A stretch of DNA of 64,000 nt from the human T2T-CHM13v2.0 reference genome, Homo sapiens. The stretch is from NCBI RefSeq assembly GCF_009914755.1, contig NC_060937.1; one strand, written 5' to 3'. The notes beneath the pieces are model-generated. The model was not told the DNA's origin. It ran no database searches and worked only from the letters and a program-made list of their open reading frames with translations. Positions 27,411 through 40,838 of the stretch are shown here, piece by piece (within the stretch, counting starts at the first letter, position 1; each line of letters starts with the position of its first letter). Made by a program: the position numbers and the translations under genes.

Positions 27411-28914
27411 TAAAACATAATTTTATGTATGAAAATCATTATCAATGCCGTCTGTTCAGTGAAGCAAATCATGGGGGCCAATACTTCTTAAAACAATTTG
27501 TACCTAAGATGGTGTTTCAAAGTTCTGTCATTCTTCATTTATCCAGGGTATTTGATCTCTACTTCTCCCTCAAAAATATCTTACACAAATTTTCCCCCAA
27601 ATCTTATCTTGTTTACTGAAATTTAGTCTAATCAAGCCTAACCCAGCTGAGCGTCTCTTGGCACACAAGCTGAAGGGAGAGCAGGTGTTACCAAGTGCAC
27701 CTCAAGCCAATGGGAACCAAAGCCAATGGCTCATCCTGAAATGGAAATCACAGCCTGTCTACAGAATGAACACTAGTGAAGAGAGCATTAGAGCTACCTC
27801 TATCCATCGTTTGGTAATGTGTTTTTCTTTTTTTCCCTTCAGCCCCTCATTGCAGTTCTGTATTCCATCTCTAAGTCATTTTCATCAATGACCTTAAGAT
27901 CCTTCTATTCCATGTCCCGAAACTCTCATTTCTCTTTGTGATTCACAAATATAACATTCCGTGGATCTACTGCATAGACTTTGGATAACCTTTATTTGTA
28001 TCACAAATGTACTTGCCCTCCCAAATTCTGATTATTGCCTTAAAATATTTCCCAGCATATGAGTCAAATTTTTTTTTTTGCTAAAGCTTTTTTTTTTTTA
28101 GCAAAATACTGTTTTCATATATGCACTACCATTTGTTTTTTCCTTGAACAGTCTCATCTTCTAGGCTACACCCCAGTGCATTATTCTTTTACTCTTCCCT
28201 ATCTGCAGACAAGTTAAAAAGAAATTATCCTCACTCTATCACTGAAGCCTTTCTTGCTGACTTCCTAGTATCAAGGTCTATATGGCAGAACTGGCCCTTC
28301 AGGATTAATGTGACTGATTTGCTAGGTTGTATACTGGATACCGACCTTAATGGGGAACATTACATTCCATAATTGCATTTTCTAAGCACCACTTCCATCG
28401 TGGTAAGTAATATAAATCCCAACTAATAGGAAAATGACGGATAAATGTACTGATTTCCCAATACAGTACTTTACCAAGTGAAGTTTGAACACTGGATGAT
28501 ACTATACTCACTTTATTTCTGTTCCAAAGAAATAATGCTCATAGGATACTTTTCCCCTAAAATAATAGCTTTTGATCTACTAACAGAGAGAATTAAAGTC
28601 TGATTAAAGTTGGTTATTTAAACTCTGCTAAAATTCTTATTGGTATTGATTTCTCCATCTTTAGGGTTTGAGGTCACCAATATCTTTTATATTGTCTTTT
28701 TACAGAAAAATATTAGATACTAATATTTTAATAAGAATAAGTATTGTAAAAATAAACACGTATTAGAAAAATATTTTTAAAAGAATTTAAAATATAATTC
28801 AGAAACAAAACTACAGAAAATTTAGTTTTCATATCTAACTTCTTAATAACACATAGAATAAAAGGGTTAAAATCAAACTTATTTGTTGAGTTTATTTACT
28901 CTCAGAATGCTTGG

Positions 28915-29266
28915 TGCTATAGTCTAAATGTCTGTGTCATCCCCACAATTCATATCTTAATCCTTAATGCCCAATATGATGGAACATGCAAATGGGAATT
29001 TGGGGGGTGATTAGTTAATGAGAATGGCACTTTCATGAATGAAATTAATGTCTTTATCAAAAAGACCACAGAGAGTGCCCTTGCTCCTTCCACCCTAGTG
29101 AGGAAGGAGCCATCTGTGAGGAAGTGGGCCCTCACTAAGTACCATATTTGTTGGCACCTTGATCTTGAACTTCACAGCTTCCAAAATTGTGAGAAATATA
29201 TTTTTGTTGTTTGTAGGCAACCCAGTCTAAAATATTTTGTTAGAGCACCCCAAATGAACAAAGACA
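28915..29266 (+). mobile_element. MLT1A-type MaLR solo LTR
   Basis: 'tgctatagtctaaatgtctgtgtc...caccttgatcttgaacttcacagcttccaaaattgtgagaaat...aagaca'. Confidence 0.88.
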
Positions 29267-29529
29267 TTTAGTGTACTATGTTAAAAAAAAAAAAAAAGAA
29301 ACACCAAAACCAAAATGTTTTGTCATTTTGCTTTGTGAACTCCATTTATTTATGTCTAATAGGCCATAACTTTGGATCTATTGGGCTTAATTCAGTTTTC
29401 TCTGTACTAAGGGACCAAGAGGTGTTAAGAACATCACTGCAAAATAAAGGCCTAAACTAAATTTGAAAACTTAGTTTTAAAATTCTTGTAAGTGCAGTCA
29501 CATTTGCATGGAAATAATCTATGTTTGGA

Positions 29530-30970
29530 ACTTGTGTTATATTCAATGTCCTGTCTACAGGAAGATTATACATCTGCAAACTCTTGAATTAAAGCATCCC
29601 CTGTGTATTAATTACCTAGGGCTGCCATAATGATTTATCATAAACTGGGTGTCTGAAATCATCATAAATTTATTCTGTCACCGTTTGGGAGGCCAGAAGT
29701 CTGAAATCATGGAGTCATTGGGTTTTGTTCTTTCTAGAGACTCTGAAGGAGAAACTATCCCATGCCTTTCTCCTATCTTCTGTTCGCTGCTGGCAATCCT
29801 TGGTGTTCCTTGGCTTGTAGTTGCGTCACTACACTGTCTGCCCCTGTTTTCTCCTTCTCTTCATGTCTGTATCTGTGTGTCTTCATGTAGCCTATTTATA
29901 AGAATGTCAGTCATTGGATTTAGGGGCTACCCTAATCCAATATGACCTCACCTTAGCTAATTACATCTGGAAAAGTCCTATTTTCAAATAAGGTCACACA
30001 TTCTGATATGCCAGGTGGGCATACATTTTGGGCAGATACTATTTAACCGAGGACATTATGTTACTTGCTTTGCTCAAAAAAATGAGAGCAAAAAATGTCC
30101 TGTGTGATTTGCAGCTTAAGTTTTAAGAGTTAATGCTTTGTTTACCATGCTCTCCCATTTTTCTTGACTCTGCTAATGGGTTAAAAATGGAATCTCTATT
30201 AGCCTGAAAAAGAGCCCCTGTGGTGACACATGCTGTAACACATCTCATAAACAAGAAGACACAGACATCACTGTGTTAAGACTCTAAGATTTCCAAGTTG
30301 CTCTTTTACACAGAATAATCAGGCCAATCATGACTATTAGAAAAATGAGTACTGGATCAGGGTGCTTCCTTAACAGACAACCTAAATAAAATATGTGACT
30401 CTGGGTTTGAGGTTAAGTATATGGTGGCAAGAAAATTCTTATTAGAGGCTGGAAGAATAGTAACACATGTCATGCAGTGGTGAAAATATTTAGAAAAAAT
30501 ATTATCTATGATACCTTAAGAGGGAGATAGTGTACCTAATAAGCTTTATCTTTAAAAGGTTTTAAAATAATTTTAGTTTTTTTTTGTTGTTGGTTGAACT
30601 TGCCAGGATAATGTAAGAGAGATGAGCTCAGAAAAGAACAGGCTGTTTTGTAAGCAGACTTTAAAGAAAGTAGAGAGAACACAGAGTTGGATGGCTTTCT
30701 GGGCTGGAAGTTTAGCTGGTCCTCATCTCCTTATAATATACAAAACTAACAAAGTTGTTAAATAGTAATTTTTTAAAAGGCCTCACATAAAATGCTGATT
30801 TAAGGGTCAATATCAGGATATAGTTATAGCACCCATTTTAAAACCTTTTAATGGCTGCAATGTACCCAGAAAATTCTTTCAGTTGGAAAAGTATGGTTTA
30901 GGGATAAGAGAAAAAACAAAGGCATTTCTTTTTTGTGGAAGCATGGTAGGCTTAAGTTACGCCAATTAAA
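29530..30970 (+). mobile_element. Old MLT1 (H/I/J-type) LTR plus adjacent MaLR internal sequence
   Basis: LTR pieces at about 29530-29603 and 30056-30349, ending 'catgactatta'. These are followed by 'gaaaaatgagtactggatcagggtgct', which resembles the start of MLT-int. Confidence 0.55.
29604..30055 (-). mobile_element. MLT1B/C-type MaLR solo LTR
   Basis: 'tgtattaattacctagggctgccataa...ggaggccagaagtctgaaatca...ttttcaaataaggtcaca'. Confidence 0.88.
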
Positions 30971-32594
30971 TCCAGCAATAATCTTAGTACTTCTTGTTCT
31001 CTAATTTCTCAGTTCAGAAATAGTTTTTAGTGTGTCTATTGTCAAGAGTCTCACTGAAATCAAATAGACAGAAAAGTAATTAACAGTGTGTCCATATAAT
31101 CTCTCAAAAAGAGAGATTTTAGTTTTACAGATTTTTAATCTGTTTGAGAAATTATACAGACAAACTAACCATAGACCTAGACTAAAATAATAGTTTGTTA
31201 GAGACTTAAAAATTGGGCCCTCAAAATTCTATGGATTTTAAGCAGGCAGAGACGTCAGCTGCAAAGAAGCTCATGTAGTATCAATAAAATACCTCACCCT
31301 TCTTATTGACAAAATCAAATTATCCTAGGAAATGATCAATCAATTGTAACTATAAATAAATTTAGTTATAAATAAAAATTTATTATTTTTAAATAAAACA
31401 ATACATCATATTGTCTGGTAGTTATTGGTAATTATTGATTATCTCCGATCTATGAAACATAAGAATATTTATATATACTTTCTTCTACTTAGGTTTTCCC
31501 TTCACTGGAGAAGCAGTAAGCCGATCTTGCCAGAATTCAAGTATTTTATATTTCGCAATTGCTCTCTACACGATATAGTACAGTATGGTAAAAGTTTAAA
31601 ATATCTTTCAAAATGCAAACTTAGGGGAAATTTAAAAAGAATCTTTCAATGTTTAATAACTGAAGATTAAAACAATGATTTCCGGTTTTGTTTTTTTTTT
31701 CCACTAAGGCATTGCTTCTCTTCAAAGAATGCTCTGATTTTAGCAGCAGGTATATCACATAATTTCGGGTAGGAAAATTACATAAATATGCCCACAATGC
31801 AAACCTGAATATGTTGCTTCACATTGCTAAGACTCACTGAATCAGGCTGTGAGCTGACTCTTCCTCACAGCAGTAGGTATAGTAAGAAAATGGAAGACAA
31901 TAGAGAGGGATAAAAAACAAGGCTTTGTGTGTGACATTGTATATAAAACCAGGTAAATTTGGTCTCAGAGCAATATATACTTTTGATGCAGTGTTAGCTA
32001 CTTGTAGAGGAAAACAATTCTGTAATAAAAGTAGAAATCAATAAAATGAGTATGCTTTAAAGAAAAAACAAAGTATGGTTTTTGATTTAAATTTAAAAAC
32101 CCATTCATACTGCATTTTGAATGTCCAGAAAACAAGCTAAATGTAAGTATATGATTTCTCATCAAAACAATGTTATAAAATCCATCAGCATTAAATGGGT
32201 ACATTTGTGCAAAGGTTCACACTGCTGCAAAACTCATAACTTTGAAGAGCCCCTTTAGATATTATTTTAAGCTAGAATTTGTGATAAGATTAAGTCAATT
32301 ATGAGTAGCTTATCTAACAATGAATTGCTTAGCTGTAGACATGGAATTGCACTTCAAAAGCATGTTCAAGAGTTTAAAATAAGCTGAAAAATGGATGAGG
32401 AAAAAGCACAGTACAAATGACAAGTGTCTGCAGAACTGAAGAGAAATGTAGAATATGCTTAAAATTTCCTAAGTTTTAAAAGATATGCATATTGTGTTTT
32501 GCCTACAAAAATTAATATTTTAACTTAGTTAAAGTTAAAATTACATATTATTAACGTCCACACCCTCCTTAATGTAGTTAGATTCTCTAACTCA

Positions 32595-33620
32595 AACCTG
32601 AGGAATGTTGAAGACAATAATTTGCAAAGAGAGAGTGTATTTCAAGCAAAATGAAAGGTGCGCAAAGGTCCAGAAGAGAAGAAGAATACTTCGCACTTGC
32701 ATGACAAAAATAATTGTTTTAAGAAGGAATATTGAAGTGGGAAATCAAGAGACTAAGCTAATGAGGAACATAGGAGCTGGATATTAAGGTGTTTATAAGC
32801 CAAGTTAAGGATGTTAGAACTTTACTCTTAGGGCAACAGGGAGTCATTGATGGTCTTGAACCAGGAGAGCATAGAATCATATATACAGTTTATAAAAATC
32901 CCTACAAATATATTGTATTCTTCTGAGAAGATTGGGCAGATGAGGATTAAATCTGATTGCAGAAATATCAGCTGTGAGATTGTTTTGGAAATCCAGATGG
33001 AAATAACCATTATCTAAATAAGGAGAGTGGCAGTGGGAATTGAGAAATGTGACTAGACTTGCGAGACATTTTCAAAATAGAATTTTTAAAATTTGGTGAC
33101 TGTTAAAGAGAATGTGACTGTCTAGGGAGTATAAGAGGAAATAAAATAAAAAATAAGCAGAAATCTGTTTAGACAACAATGTGTCATAGCAATCAGAAAT
33201 CTTTTGGGACAAGTACATGCAGTGATTTTGGGCAAAAAGAAAGAACAGTCATAAGAGGGAGAACTGATTTCAGGATTGGACACAGTGAGTTTCAGTGAAT
33301 ATGTCCTAATTAATAGTTGGATATGTGAGTTTGAAGCTCAAAGGAGAGATATTTGTGAAATAGAGCTGGAGGAAAATAATTGATCAAGGAAACAACCAGG
33401 GATTAATGCAGTAACTACAATGATTAGTAGGAAGGGGTAGTAGTGATAAGGATATGGGTGGGAGGAGAGAATGAAGATATATTAATAAAGTAAAATATGC
33501 AGGATTTATTGATGAAAGGAAAATTTCTAGTAGAAAGTATGGAAATGCCGTGTTTTATCTTGGGAGAAACTTGAGCATATATGCATGTTAAGAGAAAAGA
33601 AACAGTGAAAATGGACAGAT
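32595..33620 (-). mobile_element. L2 remnant
   Basis: Purine-rich reverse-strand L2 motifs 'gggcaacagggagtcattgatgg', 'gtggcagtgggaattgaga' and 'gttggatatgtgagtttgaagctca'. Confidence 0.72.
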
Positions 33621-34972
33621 TAAAAATAAATCTGAGTTTGATCCATAGAATTAAAGGGATCAGATCCAGAAAATGGATTTCTTACAAGGAATGATTATGA
33701 ACAATAAAGTATCCCTGATACCAAAATAATTATTGGACTAAGACACCTCCAAGATTTGCTGACTATATATATAAAATATGGCAGATACCCTCAAGAATAT
33801 AGTATCTTCATGTGCAAAATCAAAAGCTGTCCCATTTTTCTCTTTGGCAGCATCACTTCATAGCAGAGGTGAAGGTTGATATTGGATTGCATGAATTGGA
33901 AAACATTTACAACATGGGAAGTTGCTTAAATAATAGAAACACCTGTAGAAATCTTTCTAATAGCTTTTCCAACAGCTGGGCTAGAAGTGTTTCATTACAT
34001 GTTGCTGGACACTAGCAGGTTTCACACAATCAACAGTGTTGAACTGGCCTTGGCACTCACTACTTTAGCTAGAAACTTTACAGAGACCACCAGGAAGTGA
34101 AGCAAAAATTCCAGTTTCCAAACATTCCTGCAAAAAGAGAAGAGGAGAATGCATAGGTCAAAATTCGGATATATTTGAAGATATAGACTTTAAGAGTGAG
34201 AAAGAGAGATGAGATCTGATCTTGTCTAATTTCTCTGTTAAGGTAAAAGGTAAGGTTAATTGCTGAGAATGAAGATGGCATGGCAAGTTTTTCATTCTTT
34301 TCCTTTTCTTCCTTTTGCTCCCTCCTCTTATCTTTTATCATTTTTTTCTTCATGTCCATTTTCAGCAAGCATATGTGTTTCTTTCTCTTATAGACTCTGC
34401 TTTTATTATATTTCAATTTTACATACTTTACTTTTAAAAAGTTGAATAAAATTTTCAGGCTACAAGGAAAAGTAATTATTTTCTAGCCTTACCCACTTTA
34501 CTCCAAATCTCTGAACTGATAATCAACTTCTTCAACTGTTTGAACCATTGTTTGTAGTATTTTTCCATTTACGCTTTAGACACAAATTCATACACTTAAC
34601 AGAGCAGTTGAAGATTTCGCTTTCTTGTGCTTAATCACTCTTAAGTACATTCTCTGCTCCCCTTCCTTCCAACATAATTGTATGGTAATATTGGTCCCAT
34701 CAACCTTTATTTAAGATTTATAATATGATGACTATGGAAGTATTATTCAGAAGGAAGACAAGTAGGGTGTCATGTTTTTCTTCCCTTTCTTATTATTTTC
34801 AATAGAGTTAATAATTGTCCAGATACTTCTTGGGTTAAATTATGTTTATATTCTAACACAAATTCAGGACAAAATTCTATGATAGAATTGTATGTCTTCT
34901 TTCTATATGATGAAAGTTATCTACAAATTTACTAGTTCCATTTCTGTGCTTTTTCTTCTTGAATTTTAGATG

Positions 34973-35354
34973 TGTTATGAATTTAGTGGTTGTTTTCCCA
35001 CATTCATACGTTGAAGTTCTAACCCCCAATGTGATGGTATTTGAAGCGGGGCCTTTGGGAAGTAATTAGGTTAGATTAGAGGGTGGGATGCCCATGACAG
35101 GATTATTAATCTTATTAGAAGAGCAAGTCAGGGAGATATCTCTCTCTCCATGTGCATGCACCAAGGGAAGCTCATGTGAACACACTGCAGGAAGGTGGCT
35201 GCCTACAGGTCAGGATGCAGGCTCTCTCCACGAACCAACTGCACCCTGATCTTGAATTTCCCAGCCTCTAGAACTGTAAAAAACAAATATCTATTAATTA
35301 TCTAAGCAGCACAGTCTATGATATTTTCTTATAGCAGCCTGAGCTGACTAAGAT
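34973..35354 (+). mobile_element. MLT1A-type MaLR solo LTR
   Basis: 'cattcatacgttgaagttctaacccccaatgtgatggtatttgaag...atagcagcctgagctgactaagata'. Confidence 0.9.
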
Positions 35355-35502
35355 ACCATCTTTTCTTCCAATGTATTCTGATGTTCTCAACCTCTGACAG
35401 CTCTTCAGGATTTCTTGTATGATCAGCTTGGAGATTCTATTCATCACTTTCCTGTTACATAATGCTACTTTGGATCCTACCTTTTAAAGCACAACCTATA
35501 GT

Positions 35503-36048
35503 TGTGTCAAAGCAAAAATTTAACTGGACAAATTTAAACAGGCAAGAAATACTTAATTAAAGGCTCTTGTAATATGGGAACAAGGGCACAAAACAATCTG
35601 AACTTCTATCTACTGAAGCAAAGGGCTTGCGTGTTTTTAAAAACTGGAGTGGGTGGATCACAGGCCATCTGTGCTTGTTAATTGGCTTTATTCAAATGAA
35701 AATAAACTCCTCATATTTTATGACAGGAGATGGTTTTACAACTTGGAGGAAGACACCTGCTAAAGTCAGTCTCTTATCCTTCCAGGAAAACTAGGATATA
35801 GGGGCTCTCCCTTCCTTGGTAATTACACTTCAAAGGAATAGCTCCCAGGTCCTTAAGAAAGAGATTCCTGGGCTGTAAAGCTGCCAAGTCTTTTTAGAAA
35901 ATTTACACCTCAAAGGGGCAGAGAAATAATTTACAATGACAATTTTTCTAAAGTAAATGCTCTAACAGAAGAGAGATCAGGAATCTAGAGTAAGGAAGAT
36001 TGTCTTAAGGTTAGTGTAGCCAAGGGGATTGTTAAGGTTTTCTTAGTA
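35503..36048 (-). mobile_element. ERV1 solo LTR (MER67-like)
   Basis: Contains 'caaaggaatagctcccaggtccttaagaaagagattcctggg' and 'ttttctaaagtaaatgctctaa'. Family assignment is from memory. Confidence 0.6.
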
Positions 36049-37156
36049 AGGTACTTTTCTGGTCTTTTGAAACCTTTTTTGAAACATTACATATCTCACC
36101 CTTGAATAACAGTTTGTGCTGATGTATAATTCTAGCTTGAAAGTCATTTTTCCTCATTAATTAACAAGGCATTGTTCCATTGTCTTCAAGTGCAATACTA
36201 TTAAAAAAGTCATATGTTATTCTCATTTTGAATCCTTTTTTTCCCCACAAGATTAGAGTGTTATTTTACCTTCTGTAATTCTGAAGTTTTATTAGAAATA
36301 TGTTTTTTTGTGGATCTCCTTTAATTTATTGTGCTAGGTACGCAGTGTGGCTTTAAAAATGTATATATATCTTATTCTTCAGTTCAAGGAAATACCCTTA
36401 TATTATATCTTGATGATTCCTCCCATCCTTATTTTTGTTCTTGTCCACTTCTGTATTAGTTGAATGTTAAAACTTATGAATTGATTTTAGTTAGTCTTTT
36501 TTCTTTCTACGTATCCATCTCACTTTCACTGTTATTTTTCTAACATTCTGAAGCATATCCCCAAGTCTATCTTCCATTTTTCTCTAGCTCCGTTGTAGTG
36601 GTGGTGGTGGTGGTGATGGTGGTGGTGGTTGTTTCTGAATTTTTGCCCTCCTCTTATAATTTCCAGGAGTTCTTTCTTGTTGTCTAAATTTCTTTTCCTG
36701 TAGTGCTTTTGACATTTTTATTTTTTTGGTAACGTTTGTATATAGTCATTTCTTGGTTCTCTGAAGATTAATAGGCATTTTGAAGTTCTGGTATTCTCTA
36801 AACATTCCCTGGTTCCTTGAAATTGCTCTCTGTTTATCTGTTTGCTCCCATGCTTTTTCTTTTGTTGGACTCTTTTTTCATATAACTGGCTTTCCTCAAA
36901 TCTATGCTGATTATTATCTGACATTTGTGTCTAAGTGGAAGGTACTGAAAAGATGATTTGAACAGTTGGTGCATAAACAAAGTTTATCCGCTAACAGTCC
37001 TCAATGTAGTGTGGTAACAGAGACTTAGTCTTATTAGGCCTTTTCCTAAATGTAGGAATCTATAAAGGCTTTCTCTTAGACTCTGCAATACCCTTGGTTG
37101 GGGCAATGGGTTAAAAGTAAATATAGAGACTTCTGCCTTAATTTGCTATATTGAGA

Positions 37157-37519
37157 ACTAATGGTTTGGCTGTCTCCCCACCTAAATCTCATCTTGAATT
37201 GTAGCTCCCATAATTTCTTCATGTTGTGGGAGGGACCAAGTGGAAGATAATGGAAGTATGGGGGCGGTTCCCCCATACTGTTCTTGTGGTAGTGAATAAG
37301 TCTCATGAGATCTGATGGTTTTATAAGGGGAAACCCCTTTTGCTTGACTCTCATTCTCTTCTCTTGTCTGCTGCCATGTGAGTTGTGCCTTTTGCCTTCT
37401 GCCATGATTGTGAGGCCTTCCCAGCCACGTGGAACTGTAAGTCCATTAAGCCTCTTTCTTTTGTAAATTGCCCAGTCTCAGGTATATCTTTATCACTGAT
37501 GTGAAAACAGACTAATACA
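37157..37519 (+). mobile_element. THE1B-like solo LTR
   Basis: 'atggtttggctgtctccccacctaaatctcatcttgaattgtagctccc...cagactaataca'. Confidence 0.93.
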
Positions 37520-37848
37520 AAAACTTAGCCTCACTTTTACTATTAACTTTTTCCTGATATCCAAGTGCAGAGTCTTTCCAATTAAATATCTCCAGATGAA
37601 TAACCTCCTGTTTTCCTCATTATTAGATTGAGGAAGTTGCCTAGATACAAAGGCTCCAGGCTGTTAGAGATCAAACTGCTTCTTCTAAAGACTTTCATTT
37701 AGAGCCAGCTATTAGTCAAATTCCTGAGCCTTTCCCAGGTCAGATTCTTGTTGGTTCTCAATGTTCTTGAAGGTATCATCTTTTTCATATGTGCTAAATC
37801 ATGTCAGGTAGCCCTTGTTTGTCAGCTCACCATTTTCCAAAGTAAGTT

Positions 37849-37851
<3 letters not shown>

Positions 37852-37892
<41 letters not shown>
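37852..37892. repeat. (TA)n microsatellite
   Basis: Directly visible. Confidence 0.98.
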
Positions 37893-37893
<1 letters not shown>

Positions 37894-38282
37894 TGTTTTT
37901 CTCCTTTTTTAAAATATTGATGGATGTATGTTTTAAAATTCTTAACCGTTTCTTGTAAATTTGAAGAACATTGTATATAAGCACACATATTCAATTGATG
38001 TTTGAATTCAAAGTAACATAAATTTTATAACTCATTCAAAAAATATTTCCCATTTGAATTTTCATGTTAAAATAGGTTGTGAACTTAAATATCTACCACA
38101 AGTCTTTATTTCAAACATATTGATTTGTTTGGGAATTATTCAGCTTGGATGAGTAGGATGCAATTGTAAGAAATTTATACACACAAACACACACACACAA
38201 ACCAAACTCTGTAAAATATTTGAGTGACCGTGGCTTGAGGAACAGTCTCAGGAGGGCCTGAGTGTATGTCCAAGTCAATCAG

Positions 38283-38640
38283 TGATACAGTTTTGCTGTG
38301 TCCCCAACCAAATCTCATCTTGAATTTTAATAAACTCCATGTGTTGTGGGAAGGACCTGGTGTGAGGTAATAGAATCATGGAAGCAGGTTTTTCCCATGC
38401 TGTTCTCGTGGTAGTGAATAAGTCTCACAAGATCTGATGATTTAATAAAAGGGCAGTCCCCTTGCACACACTCTCTTGCCTGCTGCCATGTAAGATGTGT
38501 CTTGCTTCCCCTTTACCTTCCACCATGATTATGAGGCCTCCCCAGCCATGTGGAACTGTGAGCCAATTAAACCTCTTTCCTTTATAAATTACCCAGTCTC
38601 CAGTATATATTTATTAGCAGCATAAGAACAGACTAATACA
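38283..38640 (+). mobile_element. THE1 solo LTR nested in MER4
   Basis: TG...CA termini. 5-bp TSD ATCAG/GTCAG at 38278-38282 and 38641-38645. Confidence 0.93.
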
Positions 38641-38747
38641 GTCAGGTTATTGTTTTTGGTTTTACACATTTTAGGAGAACGGAAGTTACAGACACAGACA
38701 TAAATCAATTGATGTAAGGTATACATTGCTTCAGCCCAGAAAGGTGG

Positions 38748-39324
38748 CGAGGTAGGTTAGATAAGGTGGTCATAGCCTCTCTTAAAGGGGAAAAAACTTG
38801 CCAAACAGATGGACAGGGCAAACCATCCAACAGTGCACAGAACACGTCCTGGGTTTGTGGTTAGAATATCCTGCAGCAAAGAGGTAAAAGAACAGAAAGA
38901 AAAAAATCCCCAAATTCACACAAGTGCAGAGACACATTATTTGTGTCCTTGGGGTGAATTATGCTCATTATAATAGTAACAAACACTCTTGGGTGGAGAT
39001 TTAAGATGCTAGTGAACATGCAATATATGCACTAGCATGTACAACCACTAGGCATGCAGACTTGGGAAACCACCCACAACATGCCTAACAGCAACACCCC
39101 TTCCCACCCCTTTATGAATAAATAATCATGTAAATCTCCCATAAAGGGAAGTGCCTCAGTGCCAGATGGCACTGTCGCATTCTTGAGCAGTCCCTTCTGA
39201 CCCATCTATCAGAGTATATTTTCGCTTTGCAATAATAAATTTCTTTACCTACTTTCACTTTGGACTTGCCCTCAAATTGTTTTGTGCAGCAAAGTCAAGA
39301 ACCTGAACCAGTCCACCAACATCA
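38748..39324 (+). mobile_element. ERV1-type solo LTR (family unresolved) nested in MER4
   Basis: (T>C)G...CA termini, AATAAA at about 39234 in 'cgctttgcaataataaa', and a 4-bp TSD GTGG at 38744-38747 and 39325-39328. Confidence 0.8.
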
Positions 39325-40545
39325 GTGGGACATCTCAAAGTTGGGGGTGGTATTTACAGGTCATAGGTCATTCAAAGATTTTCTTACTGACAATAGTTGA
39401 AAGAATTAAAGACTTGAAGTTAGTACAAGAAAAAGCTTGAGTTAAGGGGGGTTGTGAAAGCCACAGTTCTTGTTATGTGGATGAGTCCTCCAGGTAGCAG
39501 GCTTTAGAGTGAATAGATGGTAAACGTCTATTTTTAGATCTGAAAAGGTGTCAGACTATTATTTAATGTCTTCTAGATCTGGGAAGGGCCTAGCAGCCTC
39601 AATGGAGATTCTTTACAGATATGAAAATTCCCTCACAAAATGGTTTTTCAGGGCCATTTTGAAATATGTCAAAAAATATATTTTGTGGTAAAATATTTAG
39701 ATTTCCATCAGGGAGCTCTATTTGTCATGTGAGGCCATACCAGAGTCAGGTAGGACTTTGATATCTGATTGCCAAAGAGTCTGTTTTGTCGGTCTTATGG
39801 TCTCTGTGTTAATGTTAATGCTGGTCAGTTGTGCCTAAACTCCAAAAAGCAGGGGATATAGCAAGGCATGTCTGACCTCCCTTCCTGGCATAGTAGGGAA
39901 TTCAGATGTTCAGGTTTCCCTTGGCCTGGAGTCAGTTGAGGGAGCCTAGGATGTTTTGTTGTTGTTGTTGTTGTTGTTTTTTGGTTTACAATTCACACAG
40001 ACAGGCGCACACACACACACACACGTGTTTAAAGTAGAGGAGAAATTGGAACATTCCCACTCCCACTGTGTGTGTGTGTTTGTGCAGAGAGGTTTAGAAA
40101 TATAAGAGAAAAAAGGGAACAACCCCCCCCAAAAAAAATTTGTGAGGCTGGGACTAGAACAAAAATGTAGGTAACATTTCTAAGTGCCTGGGAGACAGGA
40201 TGCTTGAAAACAATTTCTCCTTTACAGCATAAATATATATATAGTAATTAATCCAAGAAGAATACTTTGCAGATTTCCTGAAAATTTCTGTGGTACAAAT
40301 AACTTTATATCAATACATAAATAGATAGATAGATTTAAGTACAAATATAGATTTTTTTATATACGTATAGTTATATAAGTTTTTTAAAAGAATGGCATGT
40401 ACAATCAAAAATTTCAAAATTAAAGTTCACAAGTATTTCAAATAGTAACATAAAGACCCAATATTATTGCACTTGAACTAGAGTATTAAAATACATGAAG
40501 GAAACAGTCACCAAAAAGAAAATCAGCATTCAGAAAGAAATAATA

Positions 40546-40838
40546 GGCAGGGCGCAGTGGCTTATGCCTGTAATCCCAGCACTTTGGGAGGCCGAGGCGG
40601 GCGTGTGATGAAGTCAAGAGATCAAGACCATCCTGGCCAATATGGAGAAACCCCGTCTCTACTAAAAATACAAAAATTAGCCGGGCGTTGTGGTGGGCGC
40701 CTGTAGTCCCAGCTACTCAGGAGGCTGAGGCAGGAGAATGGCATGAACCTGGGAGGCGGAGCTTGCAGTGAGCCTAGATCAAGCCACTGCACTCCAGCCT
40801 GGGCGACAGAGCGAGACTCAATCTAAAAAAAAAAAAAA
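40546..40838 (+). mobile_element. AluSc/AluY-intermediate Alu
   Basis: Full Alu with poly(A). TSD GAAATAATA on both sides. Confidence 0.96.

Larger units (their letters stand above)
34400..37800 (-). mobile_element. Old L1M 5' region/ORF1, fragmented by LTR insertions
   Basis: Clearest at 36060-36930: 'ttgaataacagtttg...attctagcttgaaagtcatttttcct...cattgttccattgtcttc'. Confidence 0.6.
38198..39990 (-). mobile_element. MER4-family solo LTR in three pieces
   Basis: Ends 'ttttttggtttaca', the reverse complement of the start at 5639, and begins 'caaactctgtaaaatatttga'. Homologous to 5639-6967 on the opposite strand. Confidence 0.85.

Noticed and set aside
31843-31870. gctgtgag...ctcacagc hairpin
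   Set aside because: An 8-bp stem is expected by chance in 64 kb and is too short for a miRNA precursor.
37157-38640. Two same-strand THE1 LTRs as the ends of one provirus
   Set aside because: The second has its own TSD inside MER4, the two differ in sequence, and no THE1 internal sequence lies between them.
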